A stretch of 64,000 nucleotides of DNA from Methylacidimicrobium fagopyrum (GTDB taxonomy: Bacteria > Verrucomicrobiota > Verrucomicrobiia > Limisphaerales > UBA11358). The stretch is from NCBI GenBank assembly GCA_026225255.1, contig JAMFSJ010000059.1, positions 38,311 through 102,310 of the forward strand. The letters run 5' to 3'. Of the stretch, positions 1 to 9,326 are shown in pieces; the first letter of the stretch is position 1; every line of letters begins with the position of its first letter. Both the position numbers and the translations under genes were made by a program. Under the pieces are notes generated by a model. That model worked only from the letters and a program-made list of their open reading frames with translations, was not told where the DNA came from and made no database searches.

Positions 1-344
1 GTTGCGCTTTTCACCGCGCTGCTCGGATAATCTAGTTGCACCATCACGCCAAATTTGCCGACGACCGCCGCCGCGTTTTGTTCCGCGCGCCGGATCGTCA
101 TCAGTTGCGCATCCGTAAAATCTTTGTAAGCGCCGACGCGCGAACTGCCCGCACCGTTCGTGCAGGTGACGCCGCCGAACCATTTTTTATCGCTGGCGTG
201 ACATTCGAGAATGCCGTGAAACGCCATGAACTCCAGATCGTCCTGATGCGCGCCGATGCCGAGATGTGTGACGCGTTGAAACGCTTGCGCTTCCGCCTGG
301 CCATCCGGCACAAATATTTCCGCTGTCAAATTTTTAAATTTCAT
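1..344 (-). CDS. PIG-L/LmbE-family deacetylase, N-terminal part (gene continues beyond window start)
   Basis: Not in the ORF track because it runs off the edge. Hand translation from ATG at 344-342 gives MKFKNLTAEIFVPDGQAEAQAFQRVTHLGIGAHQDDLEFMAFHGILECHASDKKWFGGVTCTNGAGSSR... GAHQDDLE matches the AHPDDxE zinc-site motif of PIG-L deacetylases. It lies next to sugar kinase and hexosaminidase genes. Confidence 0.7.
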   Translation of the reverse strand, partial: MKFKNLTAEIFVPDGQAEAQAFQRVTHLGIGAHQDDLEFMAFHGILECHASDKKWFGGVTCTNGAGSSRVGAYKDFTDAQLMTIRRAEQNAAAVVGKFGVMVQLDYPSSAVKSA

Positions 345-366
345 AAATTATTTTATCAATATTTAG

Positions 367-486
367 CCACGGATTGAACCCGGATAAAACCTGGAAAAGT
401 AATCCGCAGATTTCACAGATGGACGCAGATTATTCCCCGGATTTTCTGCGAAAATCTGCGCAATCTGCGGATGAATCAAATCCGTG
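367..486. repeat. Nested palindromic intergenic element (tctgcg/cgcaga family)
   Basis: Inverted pairs cacggatt (368-375) / aatccgtg (479-486) and aatccgcagatt (401-412) / aatctgcggat (462-472). There are also short tctgcgNNNN direct repeats at 445-470. Intergenic between two minus-strand genes. Confidence 0.5.
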
Positions 487-496
487 TTTCACAATT

Positions 497-1867
497 TCAT
501 TTCTTCAATGAGGGCAAACTCGCCGCGGCCACGGCCTGACCGACGCGGCGGGATTTTTCGTCTGGCACTTTTAATTCGATCTTCGCCGCGACTTCGGGGA
601 ATTCTGCTTTCAAAACTTCCAGTGCCTTGGCGATCACGATGTCGCCGCCCTTGCCCGTCGTCACACGACCGAGAATCAACACCTGACGGAAATCGTAAAA
701 CTCCGCGTAATACGGCAGCGTGTAGCCGAGATAAATGCCGATGGTCTCGTAAATTTTGGCCGCGCGCGCGTCGCCTTTCGCCATCAACGCCTGCACTTCC
801 TTGAGTTTTTCGGGCTGGCCCATCGCGTCCGGCAATTTGATCTTCGCCGCCGGCAACAATTTATTCACCGCTTGTTGCGAGAAATACAACGCGCCAGTGC
901 CGATGTCCCCTGCCCATTCGTCCATCACCGCGCCCGGTTGATAATCCACTGGCGCGAACGCGAGTTCGTTCAGCCAGCCGAGAATGCGGCCTTGTTTGTC
1001 CATGAAACCTGCTGCCTCGCTCGATCCAAGGGCGATGCCCAACATGCCTTTGCTGCCGAGCGACAACGCGCCTGCGAGCGCCGTGACGTCACCGTCGTTC
1101 ATCACCACGATCGGCACAGTCCATTCTTTTTGAAGGCGTTTAAAAATGCCCGCCGCTTTCGGAAATAATTTCTTCGGCACGGCGCGCAGCAACGACGCGA
1201 CGCGAATTTCGTTATCCACAATGATGCCCGCACTGCTGCCGCCGATCGCATCCACGCGCGGCAGATGCGCCGCCGCGCGATGCAACGCGGACGCGAGATG
1301 ATGATAATGGTAATCGGGATTCGCCTGCGTCTTGGGATCCCACGGCATTTCCTCGGTGAAAATTGCCTCGCCATCCACAACCGCCGAGACTTTGTAATCG
1401 CTCGCGCCGAGATCGAACCCGATGCGGCAACCTTTCAGATGACCGCCCGCTGCGATCTGGTCTTCCTTCGCCGACGACACTTTCGCCGCCGTAGTCACGA
1501 CGACTTCAAATTTTTTGCCGTAAGCCAGCGCCATCATCTCCGAGTCAAACTTCCGTGCGCCGCGCAGCGAATAGGTTTTGCGAATATGTTCGCCAATGGC
1601 TTTCGGGCCGCCGATCTGCAATTTCCAACCGCCCCACGCCCACAGCAAAAATTTCACGAGTCGCTCGACGTATTGCAACGTGACCGCATCCGTATCCGGC
1701 AACACGATAGTTTCGTAGCGCGAAACGAGTTTATTTTCGCGTTCTAAACCGATGATGAGCGGCACGGCGCTACCCGATTTTTTGGCGGCAGCCACATAAT
1801 CGCGATTGAACACAATGGCCGGCGTAAAACCGGGATCGAGCGGCGGAATAAATTTTAGTTTGGTCAT
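497..1867 (-). CDS. ROK-family sugar kinase (N-terminal extension plus actin-fold kinase domain)
   Basis: 456-aa ORF. ROK/ASKHA-type motifs are present: IGFDLGASDYKV, VVMNDGDVTALAG, GIALGSSEAAGF. Confidence 0.75.
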   Translation of the reverse strand: MTKLKFIPPLDPGFTPAIVFNRDYVAAAKKSGSAVPLIIGLERENKLVSRYETIVLPDTDAVTLQYVERLVKFLLWAWGGWKLQIGGPKAIGEHIRKTYSLRGARKFDSEMMALAYGKKFEVVVTTAAKVSSAKEDQIAAGGHLKGCRIGFDLGASDYKVSAVVDGEAIFTEEMPWDPKTQANPDYHYHHLASALHRAAAHLPRVDAIGGSSAGIIVDNEIRVASLLRAVPKKLFPKAAGIFKRLQKEWTVPIVVMNDGDVTALAGALSLGSKGMLGIALGSSEAAGFMDKQGRILGWLNELAFAPVDYQPGAVMDEWAGDIGTGALYFSQQAVNKLLPAAKIKLPDAMGQPEKLKEVQALMAKGDARAAKIYETIGIYLGYTLPYYAEFYDFRQVLILGRVTTGKGGDIVIAKALEVLKAEFPEVAAKIELKVPDEKSRRVGQAVAAASLPSLKK

Positions 1868-1949
1868 GGAATATTAAACAAAAATGTGATGAATGATTTA
1901 TGGATAAAGGGGATTTTTGTCACGAGAAATATAGATAATCTCCAAAATT

Positions 1950-2048
1950 GGTGAGGCGCGACTTCCGGCGAGCGATGAATAAATCGGATACGGTTTGGCA
2001 GACTGTCTGCCCGGAGAAGTTTAGGGCTCGACGGAGTCTCGCCCCACC
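1950..2048. repeat. Palindromic element, cgacggagtctcgcc family
   Basis: Left arm ggtgaggcgcgacttccggcgagc (1950-1973) and right arm gggctcgacggagtctcgccccacc (2024-2048). An inner palindrome ggcagactgtctgcc lies at 1997-2011. The same arm sequence recurs at 32152-32226. Confidence 0.55.
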
Positions 2049-2089
2049 ATTTGCCGAAGGTCGGGACAAAAATATAGGTGTTTCAACTT

Positions 2090-3565
2090 TCATTCCTTTT
2101 CCGCAAATAATCCGACTTCAGAAATCGCCGGGCAGACCGGCGCTTGCACGCGCAAGCGAACTTTATCCGTTGTGATTTTTTCACCGCGCACCAGACGGCA
2201 ATTACCGATGCTCGTGCCGTTGGCGAATTCAGTCCATTTACCGTCCAACCATTGATCGAGCGCAAAAGTTTCCACGCGCTGGCCGAGCGGTAAATATTCG
2301 CGAATCCGAACCACGTTGAACGTCAACGGCTTTTTGAACGTGAGCACCAATTCAGCATTCGTCACGCTGTCATCGGTGGACCAGTATTTATTATCTTTGC
2401 CAGCGACAATATTCTTCGGTGCAAATTGTTTGTCGTCGCCACGCGTATTTGATGCGGTGACCGTCGCTTTTTTAGCAAGATCAGTTTTGAATGTATCTTC
2501 GATAATTTTGTGAAACGCTTCCAATGATTTTACGTCAGGCGCAGCAATTTGACCGCGTTTGTCAGGTGGTAAATTTAACAACAAGTTCGCACCACGACCA
2601 ACGGACTTGTAATAGAGATCCACCAATTCCGCCGGGGTTTTGACCTTGGCATCCTGATCAGCGTGATAAAACCAACTGGGACGAATGGAAACATCGCACT
2701 CGGCGGGAATCCAATCCGTTCCGGGCCGATCGCCATGCGTTAATCCACCCGTTTTATCGGCGATTCCAGGACCATAGTTGGCGCCGTTCAAAGTCGCCCA
2801 ACATGTGAGGCCGGCCACACCGTATTCATTGCCCACCCAGCGGGCGTCCGGACCGCCGTCACTGAAAATAACGGCCTGCGGTTGTAATTCGCGGATGATG
2901 CTCCACGTGTTTGGCCAATCGTAATACGTCTTGCGATTGATCTCGCGCTTTTCCCTGGCGCCGCCGTAATAACCATCGCCACCGTTCGCGCCGTCGAACC
3001 ATACTTCATTGATCGGGCCGTAGTTCGTCAGCAATTCGCGGAGTTGCTGGCGGTAATGCGGGATATAAGCCGGGGTGCCGTAATCGGCGCGATTGCGATC
3101 CCACGGCGAAAGATAAATGCCGAACTTGATCCCGTTTTTTTTGCAGGCGTCGGAAATAGCTTTCACAACATCACCCTTGCCATTTTCCCAATCGGAATTT
3201 TTCACCGAATGTTCCGTGTAGGCGGAAGGCCAGAGACAGAAGCCATCGTGATGTTTGGCGGTAAAGATCAATTCTTTCATGCCGCCCGCCTTGGCCGCGC
3301 GGACAATCTGGTCGGCATCAAAATCTGTCGGGTTAAAAACCTTTTCACTCTCATCGCCATAACCCCATTCTTTGCCGGTGAAAGTATTGACGGTAAAATG
3401 CACGAAGCAGGTAAGCTCCATTTTCTGCCACGCGAGTTGCCGTTCACTTGGCACCGGGCCGTAGGGCGCAGGCGGTTCCACGGCCAGCACCGTGCCCGCC
3501 AAAAAAAGGCCAGACATGGCCACAGCTAAAAACTTCATTCGAAAGTTATTTTTGATTGAATTCAT
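2090..3565 (-). CDS. Secreted alpha-L-fucosidase (GH29) with C-terminal F5/8-type-C (discoidin) domain
   Basis: GH29 motifs are present: FVHFTVNTFTGKEWGYGDE, FTAKHHDGFCLWPS, IYLSPWDRN. The start was chosen at MNSIKNNFRMKFLAVAMSGLFLAG (signal peptide). The ORF is open up to 3634 and an alternative ATG lies at 3538. Confidence 0.85.
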   Translation of the reverse strand: MNSIKNNFRMKFLAVAMSGLFLAGTVLAVEPPAPYGPVPSERQLAWQKMELTCFVHFTVNTFTGKEWGYGDESEKVFNPTDFDADQIVRAAKAGGMKELIFTAKHHDGFCLWPSAYTEHSVKNSDWENGKGDVVKAISDACKKNGIKFGIYLSPWDRNRADYGTPAYIPHYRQQLRELLTNYGPINEVWFDGANGGDGYYGGAREKREINRKTYYDWPNTWSIIRELQPQAVIFSDGGPDARWVGNEYGVAGLTCWATLNGANYGPGIADKTGGLTHGDRPGTDWIPAECDVSIRPSWFYHADQDAKVKTPAELVDLYYKSVGRGANLLLNLPPDKRGQIAAPDVKSLEAFHKIIEDTFKTDLAKKATVTASNTRGDDKQFAPKNIVAGKDNKYWSTDDSVTNAELVLTFKKPLTFNVVRIREYLPLGQRVETFALDQWLDGKWTEFANGTSIGNCRLVRGEKITTDKVRLRVQAPVCPAISEVGLFAEKE

Positions 3566-3673
3566 AATTGGTGATCGTTGTTTGTTTTCGACAGTGTCAT
3601 TCAAACTGCGAATTCCCCTGTCGTCCAACGACACCCATTTGATCCGTTCTACGCGGATAGGCCGCGTTCAAAT

Positions 3674-5692
3674 TCATTTCACTGCGGCCGGCTGTTCATT
3701 CCAATAAAGATCGCCGAGCGAATCCGTGCCGCCATCGCCCTTGACCGAAGCCATGATGGTATAATGCGCTCCCGCTTTGGGCGCGGGCACTTCCAAGGTG
3801 AACGTAGCCTGGCGAGGTTCGTTGCCGGCAAAACCAGCATGCGTATCGCGACTGATTTCCTGACCATTTTCCGACAAGGCAACCCACGCGATGTCGAGGC
3901 CATCTTCACCGCGAGTATAATCAAACGTCACTTCCACTTTGCCCACCGCTTTGATTTGCGCCGTTACGTTCCACGTGAGCGACACCGCATCGCCCTGAAG
4001 TTGCACGGGTTTCCAAGTGCCGAATTTTTTGCGATCAATCCCTACGCCGAGGGTGGATTTGCGGTAATTCACGCCCAGCCCGTCAAGACGTTGCTCATTG
4101 ATTTTAACCCGTTGCACGAAGTCATCGTAGTTACGTGCGGCTTTCGGCGACCACGTCACTTCCGCCAACGCACACAAACGCGGGAACATCATGTATTCCA
4201 CGTGCGAAAACGAAGCGATGTATTCGGTCCACAAATTCCCCTGCCCGCCCAGAATGTGCGCGGCATTTTCCGGTGACAAACTGTCCGGCACCGGCTCGAA
4301 CGCATACACTTTTTCCAGCGGTAAAAAGCCACCGATCGCGTGCGGTTCCGTGGTGTGATTCTTGGATTGATAAAAGTCAAAATAGCAAAAGCCCGTCGGC
4401 GTCATCACTACGTTATGACCGGCACTCGCGGCTTCCTTGCCGCCACCGATCCAATCCATCACCACCGCGCTGCTGGCCAGACCGCCATGCGCGATTTCGC
4501 TCCAGCCGATGAGTGTTTTGTGATTCGCGGTGACAAAGGTTTCGATGCGACGGATGAACCAGCTTTGCAATTGATCTTCGTTTTTCAAGCCTTCGCGCTT
4601 CATCAATTCCTGACACGCCGGGTTATGTTTCCACGGACCAGTCGGCACTTCATCGCCGCCAATGTGGACGTATTTACCGGGAAACAGTGGAAATACTTCC
4701 GCCAACACGTTGTCGAGAAATTCAAACGTTTCTGGATTCGCCGGATTATAAACGCCAGCGTTCACGCCGCCTTTGAGCGGAATCGTCAGGAGCGTTTCGT
4801 TCGTCACGCTGGCAAATTGCGGATACGCCACGAGCGCCGCCGTAGAGTGACCGGGCATCTCGATCTCCGGAACCACCGTGATGTGCCGCGCCGCTGCATA
4901 GGCGACGACTTCACGAATGTCGTCTTGGGTGTAAAACCCACCGTAACGTCCATCCGGTCCGTAAGCCGTCGAAGAATTTGAGGCCAAACCAAAACCGACG
5001 CCGCTGCGCCAAGCGCCAACTTCGGTGAGCTTCGGATATTTTTTGATCTCAATCCGCCAGCCTTGATCATCCGTCAAATGCCAGTGGAACGTATTCAATT
5101 TATACAACGCCATCGTATCCAGCACGGTTTCAACTTGCGCTTTCGTGTAAAAATGGCGGCACACATCCAGCATAAAACCGCGCCAGGGGAAACGCGGTGA
5201 ATCGGTGATTTCAACCGTTGGGACTGACCAATTCACTCCCGCCACGACGTTCGAGGAAAAAATCGACGGCGGCAGTAATTGCAACAGCGTTTGCACCCCG
5301 TAAAAAAGTCCCGCCTGCGTTGGCGCACGAATAATCACGCTATTCGTAGTTACGGTCAACGCATAGCCTTCCTCGCCCAAATTGGCATCCGCACCTTTGG
5401 TCGTCAAAAAAATGGCACCGGTAATCGGCGCACTGGCAAACCATTTGGCGCCGGCCTTGAGCGGATATCCCGTGGCCGCATCCAATCGACCAGCCAGAAA
5501 TTCGGCCGTGGCGAGCGAAGCGGTGTCGCTGTAAATCCGCGTGGCGGCGGTCAACGGAAACGTGCCGTCGAACTGCTGGAGTTTTTGCGGTTGCGGAAGA
5601 ATGGACAATTCCGGTTTGTCAGCGGCAAACGCTGACGTCGCCAACACCAAGGCCGAAAAACCAGCCAGCCATTTTTTTTTGATGAATTTCAT
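3674..5692 (-). CDS. Secreted beta-N-acetylhexosaminidase (GH20) with C-terminal beta-sandwich domain
   Basis: Classic GH20 core: FHWHLTDDQGWRIEIKKYPKLT, PEIEMPGHS, VHIGGDEV. The start was trimmed to MKFIKKKWLAGFSALVLATSAFA (signal peptide, ATG 5692-5690). The longer ORF to 5893 would overlap the upstream gene. Confidence 0.9.
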   Translation of the reverse strand: MKFIKKKWLAGFSALVLATSAFAADKPELSILPQPQKLQQFDGTFPLTAATRIYSDTASLATAEFLAGRLDAATGYPLKAGAKWFASAPITGAIFLTTKGADANLGEEGYALTVTTNSVIIRAPTQAGLFYGVQTLLQLLPPSIFSSNVVAGVNWSVPTVEITDSPRFPWRGFMLDVCRHFYTKAQVETVLDTMALYKLNTFHWHLTDDQGWRIEIKKYPKLTEVGAWRSGVGFGLASNSSTAYGPDGRYGGFYTQDDIREVVAYAAARHITVVPEIEMPGHSTAALVAYPQFASVTNETLLTIPLKGGVNAGVYNPANPETFEFLDNVLAEVFPLFPGKYVHIGGDEVPTGPWKHNPACQELMKREGLKNEDQLQSWFIRRIETFVTANHKTLIGWSEIAHGGLASSAVVMDWIGGGKEAASAGHNVVMTPTGFCYFDFYQSKNHTTEPHAIGGFLPLEKVYAFEPVPDSLSPENAAHILGGQGNLWTEYIASFSHVEYMMFPRLCALAEVTWSPKAARNYDDFVQRVKINEQRLDGLGVNYRKSTLGVGIDRKKFGTWKPVQLQGDAVSLTWNVTAQIKAVGKVEVTFDYTRGEDGLDIAWVALSENGQEISRDTHAGFAGNEPRQATFTLEVPAPKAGAHYTIMASVKGDGGTDSLGDLYWNEQPAAVK

Positions 5693-5723
5693 TATTAGAT
5701 GAGACCGATAGATTACGTCCGTT

Positions 5724-7514
5724 TTATTTTTTCCCGCCTTCAAAATATTCTTCGATCTCTTCGAGCGTCTTGCCTTTCGTTTCCGGCAGGAAGAAAAACG
5801 CGATGATGAAGTAGACGACCGTGCTGCTGGCAAAAAAGAAGAACATGGTCGAATAACCATGCGCGCCGACGGTCGGCAAAAAGACCGCCGCAATCGTGGT
5901 CGAAACGGTTTGGTTGATGAGCAGCGCGAAGCTCATGCCGTTGGAACGGATGCGCGTCGGCATCAGTTCAGTCAGCGCGAGCCAGACGCAAACGCCGGGT
6001 CCAACCGCAAAAAAGCTCACGAACACAAACAGAACCACCGCCGTGAGCCAGCCGTTATTTTCGCTCGGCACGGGCGTGATGAGCGCGTGATCAATTTTCA
6101 GCGGCGCAGTTTTCGCGGTGTCGAGATTGGCGAATGGATTTTTAAAGAACGAAATAACTTTGTTTGCGGGTAGACAGCCTTCGCGCGTGATTTCAATCGA
6201 TTTGGCCGTGACGTCGTCGGAACGAATCGCCGTCGTCGCGCCATGATAATCGCCGTAGGAATAAACGATGACGAGCGTAGCGGGTTGGCCGCCAAAGGTT
6301 TTCCCGGCGAGCAGATTACTGGTCGTTTCCGAATTAAAAGCGAGGGAAAGCGTTTGGTTCGTCGCGACGACTTGCGTTTGCACTGCATCTTTTACATCCA
6401 CGCGCAAGGTTTCGGTCTGGCGAAAAAGCAGTCCGGTGCAAAGCATTGAAACGATGATGCCCGCCGTGCCCAGTGAGAGCAGAAATTTCCGGCCTTTGCG
6501 ATCCACCAAAACGACGGCGATGATGGTCGCGAGAAAATTGACGAGCGTGAACAGGAAATTACAGAAATGCGCGTTCTTATCACCGAGGCCGGCTTGGATC
6601 AAAATCGTGGAGCAATAACCGATGACGGAATTGATGCCTGTGGCTTGATTGCAAGTGAGAATCGCGCACGCGAGCAAAAATGGAATGACGTATTTGCGGC
6701 GCAGCAATGACTCCTTAATTTTTTCGCCGGTGCTTTTGGCCGTGGCAACTTCTGCCATTTCTTTTAATTCCATTTCCGCTTGTTCGCTCGAACGTGAACG
6801 CAACAAGGCAGTGCGAGCCTCATTAATTTTTCCGCGGCGAAACAACCAGCGTGGTGATTCGGTCACGAGAAAACCGCCGATGACAAATAAAATTCCCGGC
6901 GGCAATGAAACCCAGAAAATACTGCGCCACGCGACATCTTTAGCGGCGAAGATTTTTACCGCATCGCCCAGCTTGGAAATTTCATCCACCTTCGCGCTGA
7001 AATACAAACCGATCAAGGCGGCGGCAACAATGCCAAGCGTGAGCATCCATTGAAAAATCCCGGTGCCCTTGCCGCGATTCGACGCCCCAAGACATTCCGC
7101 CAAATACAATGGAATGACGACGCCAATGAAACCGCCGCTGATGCCTTGCAACAAACGTCCCGCCATCAGCAAATCAAAACTGTGCGCGAGTGAAATGATC
7201 GGAATACTGAGGACAAAAAGCAGGCCGCTGACGATCATCATTTTCTTGCGTCCAAAAAAATCCGCCATCACGCCAGCGAATAAAGTGGAGATGACGCTGC
7301 CTAATAACACCGCGGCGACGATGAGGGATAATTGACCGGAGTTGAGCGTTTGGCCCGTGGTCGCGTCCTTGAAGGTTGCTTCCAGATACGGCAACGCGCC
7401 GGAGATGATGCCGACGTCCACGCCGTAAAGCAGTCCGCCTAAACCGGCGACCAAAAGTAGAAAACGATTATAGCCGACTTTAGTGCCGGACGTGCCGGAA
7501 TAATTATTGTTCAT
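5724..7514 (-). CDS. MFS sugar porter (SP family) with a large extracytoplasmic insertion
   Basis: 596 aa. Sugar-porter signatures are present: GRKKMMIVSG, TESPRWLFRRGK, LPETKGKTLEEIE. There is a non-membrane insert of about 125 aa (aa 365-489) between predicted TM9 and TM10. Confidence 0.85.
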   Translation of the reverse strand: MNNNYSGTSGTKVGYNRFLLLVAGLGGLLYGVDVGIISGALPYLEATFKDATTGQTLNSGQLSLIVAAVLLGSVISTLFAGVMADFFGRKKMMIVSGLLFVLSIPIISLAHSFDLLMAGRLLQGISGGFIGVVIPLYLAECLGASNRGKGTGIFQWMLTLGIVAAALIGLYFSAKVDEISKLGDAVKIFAAKDVAWRSIFWVSLPPGILFVIGGFLVTESPRWLFRRGKINEARTALLRSRSSEQAEMELKEMAEVATAKSTGEKIKESLLRRKYVIPFLLACAILTCNQATGINSVIGYCSTILIQAGLGDKNAHFCNFLFTLVNFLATIIAVVLVDRKGRKFLLSLGTAGIIVSMLCTGLLFRQTETLRVDVKDAVQTQVVATNQTLSLAFNSETTSNLLAGKTFGGQPATLVIVYSYGDYHGATTAIRSDDVTAKSIEITREGCLPANKVISFFKNPFANLDTAKTAPLKIDHALITPVPSENNGWLTAVVLFVFVSFFAVGPGVCVWLALTELMPTRIRSNGMSFALLINQTVSTTIAAVFLPTVGAHGYSTMFFFFASSTVVYFIIAFFFLPETKGKTLEEIEEYFEGGKK

Positions 7515-7732
7515 GCAATTCTGATCCTTTGTCTAAAAATATATTTTCTGCCGATACTTTGCCAGTGCCAAACGTAATCCGCCCTCGCCCATTTTGGGGG
7601 ATTGACGGTTTTGGCCGGTCAAGTTAAGCGCGTAAAAAATTTAGGTAAGAGTAATTTCGTTCCGAACCAAACATCCTTAAACTCGTGGGATTCACTTTTA
7701 CCACGCAGCAAAACCCGCCCTAAAAAATCCGT

Positions 7733-7762
7733 TTGACAATTTTCAGCTTTGCATCATTGTAT
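7733..7762 (+). promoter_or_regulatory. Candidate sigma70-type promoter for the riboswitch operon
   Basis: TTGACA at 7733-7738, then 17-18 nt, then ATTGTA/TTGTAT at 7756-7762. It lies about 25 nt upstream of riboswitch helix P1. Confidence 0.4.
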
Positions 7763-7784
7763 CCGCATCCGTTGATTTGACGGA

Positions 7785-7898
7785 CTCATAACGAGTGGTT
7801 GAGGGACTGGCCCGATGACACCACGGCAACCGATTGAACTTTGGTTTCAATGTCAGGTGCCAATTCCAGCCCAGCATCATTAGCTTGGGAAAAATGAG
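7785..7898 (+). promoter_or_regulatory. SAM-I (S-box) riboswitch aptamer
   Basis: CTCATAACGAGTGGTTGAGGGACTGGCCCGATGACACCACGGCAACC...AGGTGCCAATTCCAGCCCAGC...GGGAAAAATGAGAAG. P1 pairs CTCAT (7785-7789) with ATGAG (7894-7898). All conserved S-box blocks are present: GAGGGA, CUGGCCCGAUGA, GGCAACC, GGUGCCAAUUCC. Confidence 0.9.
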
Positions 7899-7919
7899 AA
7901 GCGATGCACAACCGTTTTG

Positions 7920-7957
7920 TCGCCCCTTCTCCTTGTGAGTCGGGGCTTTTTTGTTTT
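7920..7957 (+). terminator. Riboswitch expression-platform intrinsic terminator
   Basis: Stem gcccc..ctc / gag..ggggc (7922-7946) followed by ttttttgttttt. Confidence 0.7.
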
Positions 7958-7965
7958 TAACGAAT

Positions 7966-8030
7966 CATCCTCGTCGTCATCGTCATTCTCATAAATCGAA
8001 ATTGAGGATGACGATGAGAACGAGGACGAG
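7966..8030. repeat. Palindromic element, gaggatgaNgaNgag family
   Basis: Arms catcctcgtcgtcatcgtcattctca (7966-7991) and tgaggatgacgatgagaacgaggacgag (8003-8030). A second copy lies at 24588-24670. Confidence 0.6.
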
Positions 8031-8048
8031 AAAAATTGAAATTTATTT

Positions 8049-9305
8049 ATGAGTGAACAACACGGTTTCATGAAAGCGCTCAAGTGCCGCGAATGCGGCC
8101 GCGAATATCCGCTCACGGCTACGCACGTCTGCGAATTTGACTTCGGCCCGCTTGAGGTCGCCTACGATTACGAGCGCATCAAAAAATCGCTCACGCGCGA
8201 AGCCATCGCGTCGCGCCCGAAAACCATGTGGCGTTATCGCGAACTGCTGCCCATCGCCGGCGAACCGACGGTCGGCAAGCAAGTCGGTTTCACGCCGCTC
8301 GTGAAGGCCGATCGCCTCGCGAAGAAACTCGGCATCCGCGAACTTTACATCAAAAACGACGCCGTGAATTATCCGACGCTCTCGTTCAAGGACCGCGTCG
8401 TCAGCGTTGCGCTGAGCCGCGCGAAGGAACTCGGTTTTGAAACCGTTGCATGTGCGTCCACCGGCAATTTGGCCAACTCCGTTGCCGCCAATGCGGCGAG
8501 CGCGGGCTTAAAATCCTACGTTTTTATTCCGTCGGATTTGGAACAGGGAAAAATTTTGAACTCGCTCATCTACGGCGCAAACGTCATCGCCATCAAAGGC
8601 CATTACGACGAAGTGAATCGTCTCTGCGCCGAGATCGCGGGCAAGTTCGGCTGGGCGTTCGTGAACGTCAATATGCGCCCCTACTATGCCGAAGGCTCAA
8701 AGAGCATGGCGTATGAGATCGCCGAACAACTCGGTTGGAAATTGCCGGATCACACGATTGTCCCGATGGCGTCCGGCTCGTTGCTGACGAAGATTCACAA
8801 AGGCTATCAGGAATTGACCAAGCTAGGTTTGGTGTCGGCGCACAATACGCACATCCACGGGGCGCAGGCGACGGGCTGTTCGCCGATTTCGGTTGCGCAA
8901 AAAGCGGGCTTGGATTTCTTCAAGCCGGTGAAGCCCGACACGATCGCGAAATCACTCGCCATTGGCACGCCGGCGGACGGTTTCTATGCGCTCAAAGTGA
9001 TGCGCGAAACAGCCGCCTACGCCGACGACGTGAGCGACGACGAAATCCGCGACGCGATCAAATTGCTCGCGGAAACGGAAGGCATTTTTGCCGAGACCGC
9101 CGGCGGCGTGACCGTAGGCGTGGCCAAAAAACTCATCGCGTCCGGTAAGATTCCGAAAGATTCTTCGGCCGTGATCTGCGTCACTGGCAATGGATTAAAA
9201 ACGCTCGACGCCGTCAACGGTTACTGCGGCAAACCGCGCGAAATCAAGCCAAGTTTGCGTGAGTTTGAAGCATTGTTGGCGCACGAAGAAAAAGTCGGTG
9301 TATAA
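8049..9305 (+). CDS. Threonine-synthase-family PLP enzyme (ThrC paralogue; predicted O-phosphohomoserine-dependent homocysteine synthase)
   Basis: 418 aa. It has an N-terminal Cys ribbon (CRECGREY...HVCEFDFG) and the PLP-lysine motif YPTLSFKDR. Family assignment is firm. The homocysteine role is inferred from the SAM riboswitch and the adjacent GG-carrier. Confidence 0.85.
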   Translation: MSEQHGFMKALKCRECGREYPLTATHVCEFDFGPLEVAYDYERIKKSLTREAIASRPKTMWRYRELLPIAGEPTVGKQVGFTPLVKADRLAKKLGIRELYIKNDAVNYPTLSFKDRVVSVALSRAKELGFETVACASTGNLANSVAANAASAGLKSYVFIPSDLEQGKILNSLIYGANVIAIKGHYDEVNRLCAEIAGKFGWAFVNVNMRPYYAEGSKSMAYEIAEQLGWKLPDHTIVPMASGSLLTKIHKGYQELTKLGLVSAHNTHIHGAQATGCSPISVAQKAGLDFFKPVKPDTIAKSLAIGTPADGFYALKVMRETAAYADDVSDDEIRDAIKLLAETEGIFAETAGGVTVGVAKKLIASGKIPKDSSAVICVTGNGLKTLDAVNGYCGKPREIKPSLREFEALLAHEEKVGV

Positions 9306-9326
9306 TAACTAATTACAATTAAATTT

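Noticed and set aside
5693-5893. Upstream extension of the GH20 ORF (and likewise 61088-61360 for E1 alpha, 3566-3634 for GH29, 41123-41161 for GH78)
   Set aside because: The extensions lack signal peptides or similarity and overlap neighbouring genes or promoters. Internal ATGs give canonical signal peptides or N-termini.
7880-8116. Acidic ORFs with ...NDDDDEDD... (also 24484-24738 with EDEDEDEDDEE)
   Set aside because: They arise from translating palindromic gaggatga-family repeats on either strand, and they overlap the riboswitch terminator or a gene end. They are not genes.
8049-9305. Simple annotation as housekeeping threonine synthase thrC
   Set aside because: The family membership is real. 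But a SAM-I riboswitch leader and a co-transcribed GG-terminated sulfur carrier are not expected for threonine biosynthesis. A methionine-branch role is more parsimonious, though unproven.
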